A stretch of 64,000 nucleotides of DNA from Gammaproteobacteria bacterium (lineage in GTDB: Bacteria > Pseudomonadota > Gammaproteobacteria > JBCCGL01), in NCBI GenBank assembly GCA_965277715.1, contig OZ255836.1:2112001-2176000 (forward strand). The letters run 5' to 3'. Each line of letters starts with the position of its first letter. The first letter of the stretch is position 1. The notes under the pieces are model-generated. The model had not been told where the DNA came from and searched no databases. It saw only the letters and a program-made list of their open reading frames with translations. The translations under genes were made by a program, and so were the position numbers. Positions 19,578 through 29,766 of the stretch are shown here, piece by piece.

Positions 19578-20738
19578 ATGGCTGCATATTATGAAAACTT
19601 AATCATGAAAAAATCGACCGACCTTCTATGGATTGGATCCAGTGATTCTTTGAAAGATTTGAAAAAAACCATCTATAAATTTTCACGAGTAGATTTTCCA
19701 GTTCTTATTTTCGGTGAAAAAGGAACAGGAAAAATTTTAACTGCAAGTGATATTCATAATTTAAGTTACCGAAAAGAACATAGTTTTATAGAGAGTTGTT
19801 GCTTGCAATGGGATGGTTATAATTCTTTTGAAAAAATAAAAAAATTATCTTTTGAAGCTAATGGTGGCACAATATTTTTAAGGAATATAAACGCATTACC
19901 AGATAAAGATATAGAAAAAATAAAACACTATTGGGAGCAAGAGTATATTGATAAGGTTGTACCAGTTAGGATAATAGCATCAATTTCAGATAGCTATAAA
20001 TACGATACTATCATACAATCCACAGCTCCATGGCTAACGATTCATTTACCCTCACTTATTGAAAGAAAAAACGATATTGAAAATATTTTAAAAAAATTAC
20101 TGAAAAAATATTCACCAATAAACCATTTGTGTTTGACGAACAGCTCCATAAAGTTAATTGAAAACCATAAATGGGAAAATAATTTTAAAGGTATAGAACG
20201 TGCAATTGCTTTACTTTCAGCTACAAGTGATGAAAAAGAAATAACCGAAAATAAATTAATAAAACTCCTTCCAGAGATAAATATAGAGAATTGTATAAAA
20301 GCAAAAAATACAGTAATAGATGACATAACACCGAAAAACCCCATAAGCATTAGAAATAATGGTTTTCTTAAAAAACTTATAGAAAACGATCTTTCTTTTT
20401 TGCAATATACACACTCTGCTTTAAGTAGATCTATCATGTATGTGCTGACGAATTTTGATAAAAAAATAACATTAGCTATAGCCGCAAAAAAATCTCATAT
20501 AAGCCCGAGTCACCTCTCCTATTTATATAAGAAATATTTAAATATATCTTTTAAACAATTTGTTTTGCAAATCCGTGTGGAAAAATCAAAAATTATGTTA
20601 ACGGAGGAAAAGGAAATAAAAATAACAGAAATATCTAACAAAACTGGATTCCATGACCTTAGTCACTTTGAAAAGACGTTTAAAAAATTCGTGGGAATTA
20701 ACCCAATGCAATATAAAAACACACACTCTCACATTTGA
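19578..20738 (+). CDS. AraC-family regulator fused to a degenerate sigma54-activator-type AAA domain
   Basis: PVLIFGEKGTGK, A.GGTIFL, RIIAS, LPSL.ER..DI and W..N, followed by an AraC double HTH (TGFHDLSHF.KTFKK.VG..P..YK). Confidence 0.85.
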   Translation: MAAYYENLIMKKSTDLLWIGSSDSLKDLKKTIYKFSRVDFPVLIFGEKGTGKILTASDIHNLSYRKEHSFIESCCLQWDGYNSFEKIKKLSFEANGGTIFLRNINALPDKDIEKIKHYWEQEYIDKVVPVRIIASISDSYKYDTIIQSTAPWLTIHLPSLIERKNDIENILKKLLKKYSPINHLCLTNSSIKLIENHKWENNFKGIERAIALLSATSDEKEITENKLIKLLPEINIENCIKAKNTVIDDITPKNPISIRNNGFLKKLIENDLSFLQYTHSALSRSIMYVLTNFDKKITLAIAAKKSHISPSHLSYLYKKYLNISFKQFVLQIRVEKSKIMLTEEKEIKITEISNKTGFHDLSHFEKTFKKFVGINPMQYKNTHSHI

Positions 20739-20741
20739 ACC

Positions 20742-20910
20742 CGGTGTTTGTCAAGGTAGTTGTCCGTTTTACTATGCTACTTGCTTTTCAATTCCATTAT
20801 GCTTTTGTCTCATGGCCAAGCCTTCCCTTTCCGGGTTTAACCACACCCCCGATACCGGTTCGAGGTGTTTAATATCCTGACTCCAGCGTTCAGGGTGTTT
20901 GGCCTTTTAT
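20742..20910 (-). mobile_element. IS3-family right-end remnant
   Basis: Minus strand KAKHPERWSQ...VWLNPER...QVA* followed by terminal GACAACTACCTTGACAAACACCG. Confidence 0.7.
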
Positions 20911-20970
20911 TAAGTGACAATTATCCTGTCCGGTTTCATGCTGGTACTTTTATAGCTCCTTGGAGATTAA

Positions 20971-21204
20971 GTGCCCGGTTTACGAATCCATCCCCGACAA
21001 GAGAAATTGTATATGAACTATCGAAACCAAAGCCTTACACAAGAATCCGCAGCGGCTAAAGTGGGTATATCGAGTCGTAGTGGTCGTCGAATAGAGAAAC
21101 AGGAACGACCTCACCAACCTCATCACTGGCGAACCCGAGCTGACCCACTGGAAGCGGTCTGGAACTCGGAGTTAGTACCGCTGCTGAGAAGGAGTCGGGT
21201 TTAA
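20971..21204 (+). pseudogene. IS21-family transposase (IstA) 5' fragment
   Basis: LYM..R....TQE.AAAK.GIS.RSGRRIE...WRTR.DPL..VW..E.VP.L; cut by the IS4 copy. Confidence 0.8.
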
Positions 21205-21207
21205 CCC

Positions 21208-22528
21208 CAATGGCACTAAGTTAAGCCGCTTTAGCTTGCCAATATTCAGTTTTTAAAACGTTCCGTGGTCGAGTCATTAATGCCCGTGGTTTAGGTCGCC
21301 TTTTTACCACTCTTGGTTCAAATCTAAAAGGTCGATGAAGCACACGATCATCCGCAATCGCTGCATATAAATAATCAAGATATTGCCGTCTTTTTTGTGC
21401 TGGACTCTGCCCACTACCAAGTGATGAAGTGCTTTGTCGGAGTGTTTGCAAAACACCTTTAAGACTTAGCCGATCAACCGGTGTGTCATGTCGGTTCGTA
21501 CAATGCTGACGTGTATTTGTCGTAAAGTTAAGGTCTTTGGAAGTTCGTTATGCTGCTCTTTTGTGTAACGGGTCGCTTTTGTGTGTTTAGGTTTTTGCCA
21601 TTCGATATGAAGGTCATTATCGGCTATCTTCTTTTTGGCCTGGGAGGCAGTGCTGGGCGTTCTCCGCGCCAATGTAACGACACTGTCCTGTCAACCGTTC
21701 GTCGAGAGAGGCAGTCAATATCGTAGAAGCTGCAAAAACCTTTATCACCTAAGAAAATGTCACTTTCATTGAAGGTATCCCATTGTTCTTCTAAAAGTCT
21801 TAGCTCATAACTTTTTTTATTTCCCAGTGCATAGCTCAGAATTAAACCGCTGTAAAGATTAAAACAAGCTAAAAGCCGTGCTTGAGGAAATCCGCATCCC
21901 TGTGTTTGTGATTTCGGTTGTGGGTAGGTTTGTTGATTCGCGGGCGTATCGGGCATGGATAGGCCTGTCCCATCGGCAACGATAACCGGTCGACCTTGGA
22001 GCGCTTTGGGTTGAGGTGGCGATAATCGACACGTCCCTGAAAATACGTTTTTAAGATCGTCCATGGGTAGTTTTTTACGTGCTTGGCAATAGGCGGAGGT
22101 GGATGATGAAGGTATGGGAATGCCTTGGTTGTGGGCGACATTTTGCAGTTGTCTAACGACTTCTTTACAGCCACCATCGGCGTTCATTATTTGTGAAAAA
22201 AACAACCAGAAAGTATTTTCTTTACTGAAAATACGTCGACGACTATTCACACCACAATCATTCGGTTTAAGAATATTCGTGGGTATGATATCGCCAAGAA
22301 AAACAGATAGTTCACTCAGTGATTTGTGATGTATTTTTGCTATCTTATCGTGCAAGATTTGAATGGCTGAACGGGGTGTTTTGCGGAGTGTTTGGATGTT
22401 AAATCCGGGTAGAAATAAGGTTGTATTTTTCATACAAAATTATAACATTTCAGCCTGTTTTCTTGGTTTTATTACAGTTATTTTTTCGTTTATTTTACCC
22501 GCTAAAACCGCTTAACTTAGTGCCATTG
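21208..22528 (-). mobile_element. IS4-family insertion sequence with frameshifted transposase
   Basis: Perfect 19-bp IRs CAATGGCACTAAGTTAAGC (21208-21226 and 22510-22528); DGT..SMPDTPANQ..YP, GDKGFCS and EPRVVKRRPK; ORF split in three. Confidence 0.9.
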
Positions 22529-22707
22529 GGTTATGACGCGTTAATTCGGCTTCTTTTTCAGCAAGCACGATCACTAATTCAGCAGCCGTTAAGCCGGTGT
22601 AATTGCGTTGTTTTTGTTGAATTTCTGATGCTAAAACCATCGCGTAATAATACCAAATAGCTGTCTAAAGATCATTAAAATTAAACACTTTTTCACCCTT
22701 TAGCAGG

Positions 22708-23076
22708 CTAAAAAACAGATTCGTAATGCAATACTTTGTGGCCTTTCATTGCGGTTAAATCATAGCCATCAAGCAACCCGTTTATTTGCGTTCCGGTGAG
22801 TGATATGACTTCCTCATCGAGGTCAGGCCACTTAAACTGCTCTTCGGCCAAGGCTTTGTAATACAGTACAAAACCGTTGTCCTCCCACATCAGACATTTG
22901 ATTTTGTTGCGGTGGCGATTGGTGAACACGTATAAGCCACCATCAAACAGGTTGTGGCCAAGCTCTCGCTCAACAATGGCCGCAAGGCCATTGCTTTGCT
23001 TACGAAAGTCCACCGCCTCTCGGTATAAAAACACCTTTGGAATATCGAGCGATGGCCGTAAATAACGGGCCGTCAT
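22708..23076 (-). CDS. tnpB: IS66 accessory protein TnpB
   Basis: VDFRK...GL...V......LF.G.LYVF.NR.R.KIK.L.W..NGF.L..K.L....F.WP. Confidence 0.92.
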   Translation of the reverse strand: MTARYLRPSLDIPKVFLYREAVDFRKQSNGLAAIVERELGHNLFDGGLYVFTNRHRNKIKCLMWEDNGFVLYYKALAEEQFKWPDLDEEVISLTGTQINGLLDGYDLTAMKGHKVLHYESVF

Positions 23077-23390
23077 AACTGCGCCAGTAACGCGCCAACT
23101 AACGTCACGTTAGCGGCGGTAATGCCAGAAATGGCACAGCCATTGGCCAGCGTAAAACACAAACTCGGATCAGCCCTTTGCCTATCAGCCACCATCACTT
23201 GGGTAAAGCCTGCTACAGGCATGTTACTCTGCACTGCTTGAATAGTTTTACGCGAACATTTACGGCTCCAATAGTAAAACGGCTTCAAGTTGATGCCGTT
23301 ATCCTGGCAAAACTGCGCACCACTCAAACCGGATGCTTGCCATTGTTCAATTTGATTGCGCCAGTACAACGCACGTTCTTTATTACTCAT
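23073..23390 (-). CDS. tnpA: IS66 accessory protein TnpA
   Basis: W...I.QW..SGLS..QFC...GI....FYYW HTH pattern; overlaps tnpB by ATGA. Confidence 0.85.
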   Translation of the reverse strand: MSNKERALYWRNQIEQWQASGLSGAQFCQDNGINLKPFYYWSRKCSRKTIQAVQSNMPVAGFTQVMVADRQRADPSLCFTLANGCAISGITAANVTLVGALLAQL

Positions 23391-23476
23391 ATTACACCTA
23401 GCGGGTATTGGGTTGCTGTGGTGCAATGTGAAGGGCGATCAGAGTAATTGGTAGACGTCTATTCTTTGGCGCTTAC

Positions 23477-25339
23477 GGTTAAAACGGTCATCGTGCGTTA
23501 CCCAACCACTTCCATTTAATAAACTCAACAGTCCATTGGCATGGGCTTCCGCTTCACCCGATAGAACATCCCAACTATTACCATCCTTTGGATGCTTCCA
23601 GCATTTCAGCATACTCTCAGCCATTGGGTGTTGCGCCACGTCGTCAATACCCCAGGGTGTATCAGTTTCTAGTGCCTGTTGTAAGGGCTGCCAGGCTGCT
23701 TTGAGGCTATCTGCTGTCAACAGTTTGTGCAGCAACGCCCGCCCCGGTTCCGCCAGCTCTGCCCGCCTGGCCAGCGATTCGACAAAGTCACACGGAGGGT
23801 GCAGCAGGCAGGCGGCCATCGCCAGTGGCAGCCATTGCTCCCGCTCCTGGTCGGTAAACGACAGTTCGTTACCTGTATAGGCTTGTATGAACAGACTGGC
23901 CTGATCCACCTGGGCCAAATCCAGCCAACCCAATAGCTCAAAGTGCCCGCGGTTATCGTTTTCCTGCATGATCGCCAGCAGTAAGATCCCCACTTCATCC
24001 CAGCCGGGCTTGTGTAGATTGGGCAATAGGCGGTCTTCGAGGGTTTTTTGCAGGCGCCTGCCGCCCAGGGTAAAGAGAAAGTCGGCACACAGGTATTCCT
24101 GAAAGCTCAGGTGGGCGAACTGGATGCGCGCCTCGGCAGGCTCGACCAACAGGCCCGAGGGGTGTAAAAAATAATCCAGCAGTTTGTCGGCATCGCCTGC
24201 CTTGATGGCGGCAAAGCGCCCGTAATGGCCACTTTGCAGTTGGCTGCGGATCTGTTCCAGCATTTCCTTGCGGCGCCAGATTACCCGGCGGTTTCCGGTT
24301 TCATAAGCACCCTCCACATCGGCGCTCTTGAGTTGGCTCTGCCAGGCCAGGTAGCCCAGTACCATGCGTTTTTCCTGGTCTGGCCAGTGCGGTAGGGCGC
24401 TGCCACTAACGGAAAAGCGCAGTTGGCGGTGCCGCTCCTGGCGGCCCAGGTAGAGTTCGATAATGGTGCTGTAGAGTTGGGCGCGGCCATCGGGCATTTG
24501 GTTTTGGGTGCAGTGCACCAGGGCCATCAGGCTGATAAAGATCGGCCGCCGGGCCAGTACCAGTAAATACGCCCGCTGGGAATCCCGCATGGCGTCCAGA
24601 AACTGTGCGATGCCACGATCCCGCTGTTTGCGCCATTCACCGCGCAGTTGGTACCACTGGTGGATAAACTGCCGAATCTGTTCCCAGGCGAGGGGCAGCA
24701 GGTAGTGCAGGTTTAGTGGTGCCATTGCAGGCCCTGTTGACTGGGGGAGGTCGTCGGTCTGTAGGGCGTGAAACCCGGCGGGGCGGCCAGTGATCAGTAC
24801 CCGGTGGCCGCGTTGGTGGGCGTCTTGCGCCAGGGCATAGATGCGGCTGCGGGTTTCTATGCCGCCGACTTCGTCGATGCCATCAAACAGTATCAGCAGC
24901 GGGTAGCGTTTGTCTGCCGGGGCGTCTGCCGGGGCGTCTGTCGGTGCATCAAACCACTGGCGCAGGCGGCCGGTGTCGAGGGTGATGCCTTCGGCGGCGG
25001 CGTCTTTTTGCTCTTCACGCCACCAGGCGTCGAGCAGTTGTTCCAGGGTGGTGATTGTGTCGATGGCGGGGATAGTGCGCAGTATGATCGGCAGCGGCGC
25101 GATACCGTGCTCGCCCGCCATCGCCGCCCGCAGGGAGCTGGAGTGTTCGCCGCACAGTTCGAGGATGGTCGCCTGCACCAGGGTGGTTTTACCGCTGCCA
25201 GGGCGGCCAGACAGGGCGAGGAAGGAAGTGTCTGCGAGCAGTGACCAAACATCCCGCCCCGGCAGGGTTTCTTCCGCCACGTCCTGCGGGGTGGCCATGT
25301 CGTCGTCGGCAATGTCTTCCTCTCATTGACGTAGTGCAT
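23477..25339 (-). pseudogene. NACHT/STAND NTPase, truncated
   Basis: GRPGSGKTT Walker A, LILFDGIDEV Walker B, ITGRP, LARRPIF and FAHLSFQEYL; 3' end cut by IS66; probable original start (ATG 25339) is out of frame. Confidence 0.8.
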
Positions 25340-25375
25340 GGGCGTTGTCCGTGTTGTCTATTATGCGGTTTAGGG

Positions 25376-25601
25376 TTAACCGCCCCATATATGGAGGGGG
25401 TATGTACCATTTTTGGGGTGGTGGTAGATTTTTTTATCCCGGCTTATGTCATCGCCACAGGCGTTGAAGATAAACAGATGGCTTTCGGCGGCGTTGACGC
25501 TGCTGTTGTTGGATATCGGCCCAATCCAGGCGGTTTAGCGGATCGAGTGTGTAGTTGATATGCGCCTTTTGTGGCCCCGCTGTATTAAAAAATTTTTGCA
25601 T
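25376..25601 (-). pseudogene. Collapsed AAA-ATPase-family gene (N- and C-termini joined)
   Basis: MQKFFNTAGP....NY.LDPL.R.D matches the 'FFNTAGP' ATPase N-terminus; AESHLFIF...KIYH...IWG matches its C-terminus; the centre is absent. Confidence 0.55.
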
Positions 25602-25630
25602 GACGTTCAGTGCCCCCGATACGTTGCCGG

Positions 25631-26893
25631 TCAATCGACAAACGCGGCGCTGTTTTTATCGTGCGCCGGTGCGATACGCGGCAGGCGCACGCGCAGCCCC
25701 ATGCTCTGCCGCGCCAGTGCATGGCGCACAAAAGGCAGTAAATCGGTGGCGATTAACCCGGCTGCGCGGGCGTGCGCCAGGGGGGTAAACGGCACGGTGA
25801 ACAGCCGCGCCAGGGTGTCGGTGAAGGTTTCCACTGTGCGGTGGTCGCTGCGCCTGCACGCCTCAAACGCCTGGCGCAGTTCAGCCGGGGCCTGGCCAGG
25901 CTCACCCAGCAACAGTTCGGCGAGGGCGGCCACGTCTCGCATTGCCAGGTTAAACCCCTGCCCGGATACTGGGTGGAGGGTGTGCCGCGCATTGCCAATC
26001 AGTATTAAACGGCCCACGCTACCGGTTTCTGCGGCCACCAGGGAGAGGGGCAGGTGGCCGCGCCTACCCACATGGGTAAACCGCCCCAGCCGCTGGCCAA
26101 AGCGCTGTTGCAGCAGGGCGGTAAACCCGGCATCGCCAAGGGCCAGCACGTCGTCCAGCTGGGCGGTGTTTACCGTCATCACCATCGAGCAGCGGTTGTC
26201 GGTGAGCGGTAGCAGCGCCAGCGGCCCGGTGTCGGTAAAGCGCTCGTAGGCGATGTTGTGGTGAGGGGTTTCGGTGCTGACGTTGGCGATGACCGCCGCC
26301 TGGTGGTAGTCGCGCTGGCGCACCTGAATACCGGCCATAGTGCGCAGTGCAGAGTGGGCGCCATCTGCGCCGATTAGCCATTGCGCGTGCAACGACTGCC
26401 CGGCGCCATCGCGCACCACCTTGACTGTGGCGCTATCGACGCCCTGTTGCAAGCCACTCACCGTGCTGCCACCGAGCAATTGCACGTTATCCAGGGTGGC
26501 CAGGGCGCCCAGCAGGGCATTGCCCAGCAGGCGGTTTTCAAGCACGTAACCCAGCGCGGGCACGCCCTCTTCCCGCGCATCCAGGCGGGTGGCGCCAAAG
26601 CGGCCACGCTCGGATATATGGATTTTTTTTATCGCCTGGCATTCGCTGCCGATCAGCGGCCAGAGACCTAGCTGCGCCAGGATTAAGCGCGTGCCGTGTG
26701 CCAGGGCGACGCTGCGCGCATCGTAGTGTGATGCGGCATTTTGCCCGCCGAGGGCGTGCGCCTCGACCAAGCCAATGCGCAGTGTTGTGTGTCGGCCCGG
26801 TGTTTTATGCTGACCTAACGCCAGGGCCAGCGCGGCGCCCACCAGGCCACCGCCGACGATCAGTACATCGAAGTCGACACGGGGTGACATCAC
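25631..26893 (-). CDS. ubiH: 2-octaprenyl-6-methoxyphenol hydroxylase UbiH
   Basis: GGGLVG FAD motif, DARS.AL, AYERFT..GPLALLP and HPV.GQGFNL; directly downstream of pepP. Confidence 0.92.
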   Translation of the reverse strand: MMSPRVDFDVLIVGGGLVGAALALALGQHKTPGRHTTLRIGLVEAHALGGQNAASHYDARSVALAHGTRLILAQLGLWPLIGSECQAIKKIHISERGRFGATRLDAREEGVPALGYVLENRLLGNALLGALATLDNVQLLGGSTVSGLQQGVDSATVKVVRDGAGQSLHAQWLIGADGAHSALRTMAGIQVRQRDYHQAAVIANVSTETPHHNIAYERFTDTGPLALLPLTDNRCSMVMTVNTAQLDDVLALGDAGFTALLQQRFGQRLGRFTHVGRRGHLPLSLVAAETGSVGRLILIGNARHTLHPVSGQGFNLAMRDVAALAELLLGEPGQAPAELRQAFEACRRSDHRTVETFTDTLARLFTVPFTPLAHARAAGLIATDLLPFVRHALARQSMGLRVRLPRIAPAHDKNSAAFVD

Positions 26894-28194
26894 GCGTTCA
26901 TCAGCGCTTCGATGGCATCGATGGTTTTGGGCACGCCGTGGCTCAATACCTCGCAGCCATCGGCGGTCACGACGACATCATCTTCGATGCGGATACCGAT
27001 ATTGTGGTAACGCTTTGGTATCCCCCGGCCCGGGCTGATATACAGACCCGGCTCGACGGTCAGCGCCATGCCCGGCTCCAGCATTCGCCAGTCGTCATTG
27101 AGTTTGTAGTCGCCTACGTCGTGCACATCCATACCCAGCCAGTGCCCGGTGCGGTGCATATAGAAGGGGCGGTAGCGCCCATCGCGCAGGCATTCGCCGA
27201 GGCTGCCTTTGAGCAGGCCAAGGTTGAGCAGGCCTTTGGTAAGCACTTTGACGGCGGCGGTGTGCGGGTCATTCCAGTGGTTGCCGGGGCGCACTTTGTC
27301 GATGGCGGCCAGTTGCGATTCGAGCACGCACTCGTACAGCTCACGCTGCGCGGCGGAGAAGCGCCCATTGACGGGGAAGGTGCGGGTGATGTCCCCGGCG
27401 TAACCCAGGTGTTCTGCCCCGGCATCGATCAAGACCAATTCGCCATCGGCCAGTGCGCAGTTGTTTTCGGTGTAGTGCAAAATGCAGCCATTGTCACCAC
27501 CACCGACGATGGGTGGGTAGGCGTGATCACAGCCATTGCGGCGGTATTCGTGGGCAAATTCCGCTTCGAGCTGGTATTCCATCATGCCCGGTTTACAGAC
27601 TTGCATAGCGCGCACGTGCGCAGCGGCAGATATTTTGGCGGCGCGGCGCATAATGCCGATTTCGGCACGGCTTTTAAACAGGCGCATTTCATGCAGCAAA
27701 TGACTGATCGAGACCAGCTCACCGGGAACCGTGAGGCGCTGTGCGCGCACCCGGTTGACCCAGCTCATCAGCCGCGCATCAAAATCCTGATTTCGCCCCA
27801 TCGGGTAGTGTAATTGTGATTTTCCCTCGATCAGGCTCGGCAGGATGTCGTCGATATCGGTGATGGGGAAGGCATCATCGGCGTCGAGTTGCCCGTTGGC
27901 CTGTTCAATACCCATCCGGCGGCCATGCCAGATTTCCTGTTCCGGGTCGCGCTCGCGGCAAAACAATACGTACTCACCCTGCGGGCGGCCCGGTATCAAT
28001 ACGGCGACAGCGTCTGGCTCGGTAAAGCCGGTGAGGTAGTAAAAATCACTATCGGGGCGGTAGTTGTAATCGACATCGCGGTTGCGGTTGCGCACTGGGG
28101 CGGCGGGAATAATGGCGATGGCGCCACGGCCAATCCCACGCATCAGGTTTTTGCGGCGTCTTATGCGCTCATTGCGCAGTGTTTTTGTCGGCAT
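26890..28194 (-). CDS. pepP: Xaa-Pro aminopeptidase
   Basis: DSDFYYLTGF.EP, LIDAG, DITRTFP, HRTGHWLGMDVHDVG, TVEPGLY and GIRIEDD. Confidence 0.97.
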   Translation of the reverse strand: MPTKTLRNERIRRRKNLMRGIGRGAIAIIPAAPVRNRNRDVDYNYRPDSDFYYLTGFTEPDAVAVLIPGRPQGEYVLFCRERDPEQEIWHGRRMGIEQANGQLDADDAFPITDIDDILPSLIEGKSQLHYPMGRNQDFDARLMSWVNRVRAQRLTVPGELVSISHLLHEMRLFKSRAEIGIMRRAAKISAAAHVRAMQVCKPGMMEYQLEAEFAHEYRRNGCDHAYPPIVGGGDNGCILHYTENNCALADGELVLIDAGAEHLGYAGDITRTFPVNGRFSAAQRELYECVLESQLAAIDKVRPGNHWNDPHTAAVKVLTKGLLNLGLLKGSLGECLRDGRYRPFYMHRTGHWLGMDVHDVGDYKLNDDWRMLEPGMALTVEPGLYISPGRGIPKRYHNIGIRIEDDVVVTADGCEVLSHGVPKTIDAIEALMNA

Positions 28195-28256
28195 AAATTT
28201 CCCGTTTAATCAGGCTGGATCAGGCAGTGAAAGGCAGCCACAAGCACACAGTGAAC

Positions 28257-28823
28257 TCAGTGAATCTGCCCATCGGGGCGGATGGACTGCAACTCTTCAT
28301 TAACCAGCATTACCCCCACCCGCACATACTCCTGGACTTCGGCATAGGCAATCTCATCTTCCTCGCCCTCATGCTCAAAGCCGGTGTCGCTTTGCAGTGT
28401 GCGGCTGATGTGCATAAAGTCCCCCAGTAGTTCGCTGGCATCTTTATTCAGCTTGGTGTCTTTATCCACCCCACCGGCACTCAGGCCCATAGCAAAGCCC
28501 TGGCACCACGCGCTCAGCGCCTGGGTGCGCTCGCTTAACGCCGCCTCATCGCTGGGCAGTAATAATTGTAAATCGAGATCCTCACCCCCTAGCTGCGCCA
28601 TTGTGGTGGTTAGCATCGCGCTAATCTGTTGTACAGACTGTTGCGCCATAAGGTCATCTTTATCGACAGACCCCATCACCTGCATCGCCATCGCCTCAAC
28701 GTTGAGGCGGCCATTGGCACAGAGCACGCCACAAAACATACCGTGGCACTCGGCGGCGCTTAGCTCGGCGTTGACATTCGCCAGCGCTGTAACAATTTGG
28801 GCGTAATCAGTCTGGTTTTGCAT
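28257..28823 (-). CDS. ygfB: UPF0149 family protein YgfB
   Basis: AECHG..CG.L, L.LLLP.DE, WCQGF..G and E..EYVRV; conserved position upstream of pepP. Confidence 0.92.
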   Translation of the reverse strand: MQNQTDYAQIVTALANVNAELSAAECHGMFCGVLCANGRLNVEAMAMQVMGSVDKDDLMAQQSVQQISAMLTTTMAQLGGEDLDLQLLLPSDEAALSERTQALSAWCQGFAMGLSAGGVDKDTKLNKDASELLGDFMHISRTLQSDTGFEHEGEEDEIAYAEVQEYVRVGVMLVNEELQSIRPDGQIH

Positions 28824-28923
28824 AGCATGATTTTAACCCAGAAAATTCAATTGAGCGCGAAAAAGCTGTGTAAGTCCTTGCTGGCATTGACCCATACCGC
28901 ACACCAGCCTACTATTGGCGCGT

Positions 28924-29154
28924 ATGAATGCATCACTGACAGCCACCGCCGAACACGATGTGAGTCGACTCACCAATAAGGTTAGCGATCTCATTGCTCT
29001 ATGCCAGCGCCTCAGGCAGGAAAACGCCTCACTGCACGAACAGCGCAGCGCCCTAACCGAAGAGCGTGCGCTGTTATTGGAAAAAAACGAGCTGGCGCGC
29101 TCTCGCGTTGAAGCGATTATCAACCGCCTAAAATCGATGGAGTCAGCCGGGTGA
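28924..29154 (+). CDS. TIGR02449 family coiled-coil protein (ZapB-like)
   Basis: L..EN..L...ERA.L.EKNE.ARSRVEA.I.RLK.ME; upstream of zapA. Confidence 0.88.
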   Translation: MNASLTATAEHDVSRLTNKVSDLIALCQRLRQENASLHEQRSALTEERALLLEKNELARSRVEAIINRLKSMESAG

Positions 29155-29444
29155 ACGACAGCATTGGCGTAAAAGTAATGATCCTCGACCGCGAATACCA
29201 GATAGCCTGCCCAAAAGAACAACAGGAAGGCCTACTGGATGCAGCGCGCTACCTGGACAACAAAATGCGCGAAATGCGCAACCGCAGCCAGGGCATTGGC
29301 GTCGACAAACTCGCTGTGGCCACGGCGCTGAACATCACCTACGAAATGCTGGCACTCAAACCGGTGGAGGCGTCACTGGAACAACTGCGCAGCAGGCTAA
29401 CCGCGCTAACCCACGATGTTGATTCGGCCCTCGTCACGGAATAA
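29151..29444 (+). CDS. zapA: Cell division protein ZapA
   Basis: ILDREY..AC......L..AA.YLD.KM...AV..ALN. Confidence 0.93.
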   Translation: MNDSIGVKVMILDREYQIACPKEQQEGLLDAARYLDNKMREMRNRSQGIGVDKLAVATALNITYEMLALKPVEASLEQLRSRLTALTHDVDSALVTE

Positions 29445-29766
29445 TTGTCACATCGCCCACCGCCGCTAATCGGGGATTATGTAGACCCGTTATTGCGTGA
29501 ATCCCCATAACACCTCACGCTACCGGCAAAGCCAAAGCCCAGCGCCCATAAAGCCTACCGAGACTGTAGGGTGTATTGAGGCGAGGAACTACAAACGCAG
29601 GCAGAAAGAAGCCACACTTCAGGAGACAGCGCGGTTGCGCGACTTACTGAAAAAGGCAGGCATCGACCCATATGCCGAATAAACCCACACTGTATAAACC
29701 CACATTTGCCGTGCACTACCCATAGCAAAAGTAGCACTTTAGCGCTGGTTTCATGTAAAGTTCCAG

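Larger units (their letters stand above)
22529..23476 (-). mobile_element. IS66-family element, truncated within tnpC
   Basis: GTAAGCG terminus at 23476, tnpA, tnpB and the first part of tnpC; homologous to the copy at 34962-35697. Confidence 0.9.

Noticed and set aside
26698-27813. 371-aa plus-strand ORF and similar long antisense ORFs in GC-rich genes
   Set aside because: Shadows of pepP, ubiH and the hydantoinase genes, with no recognisable motifs
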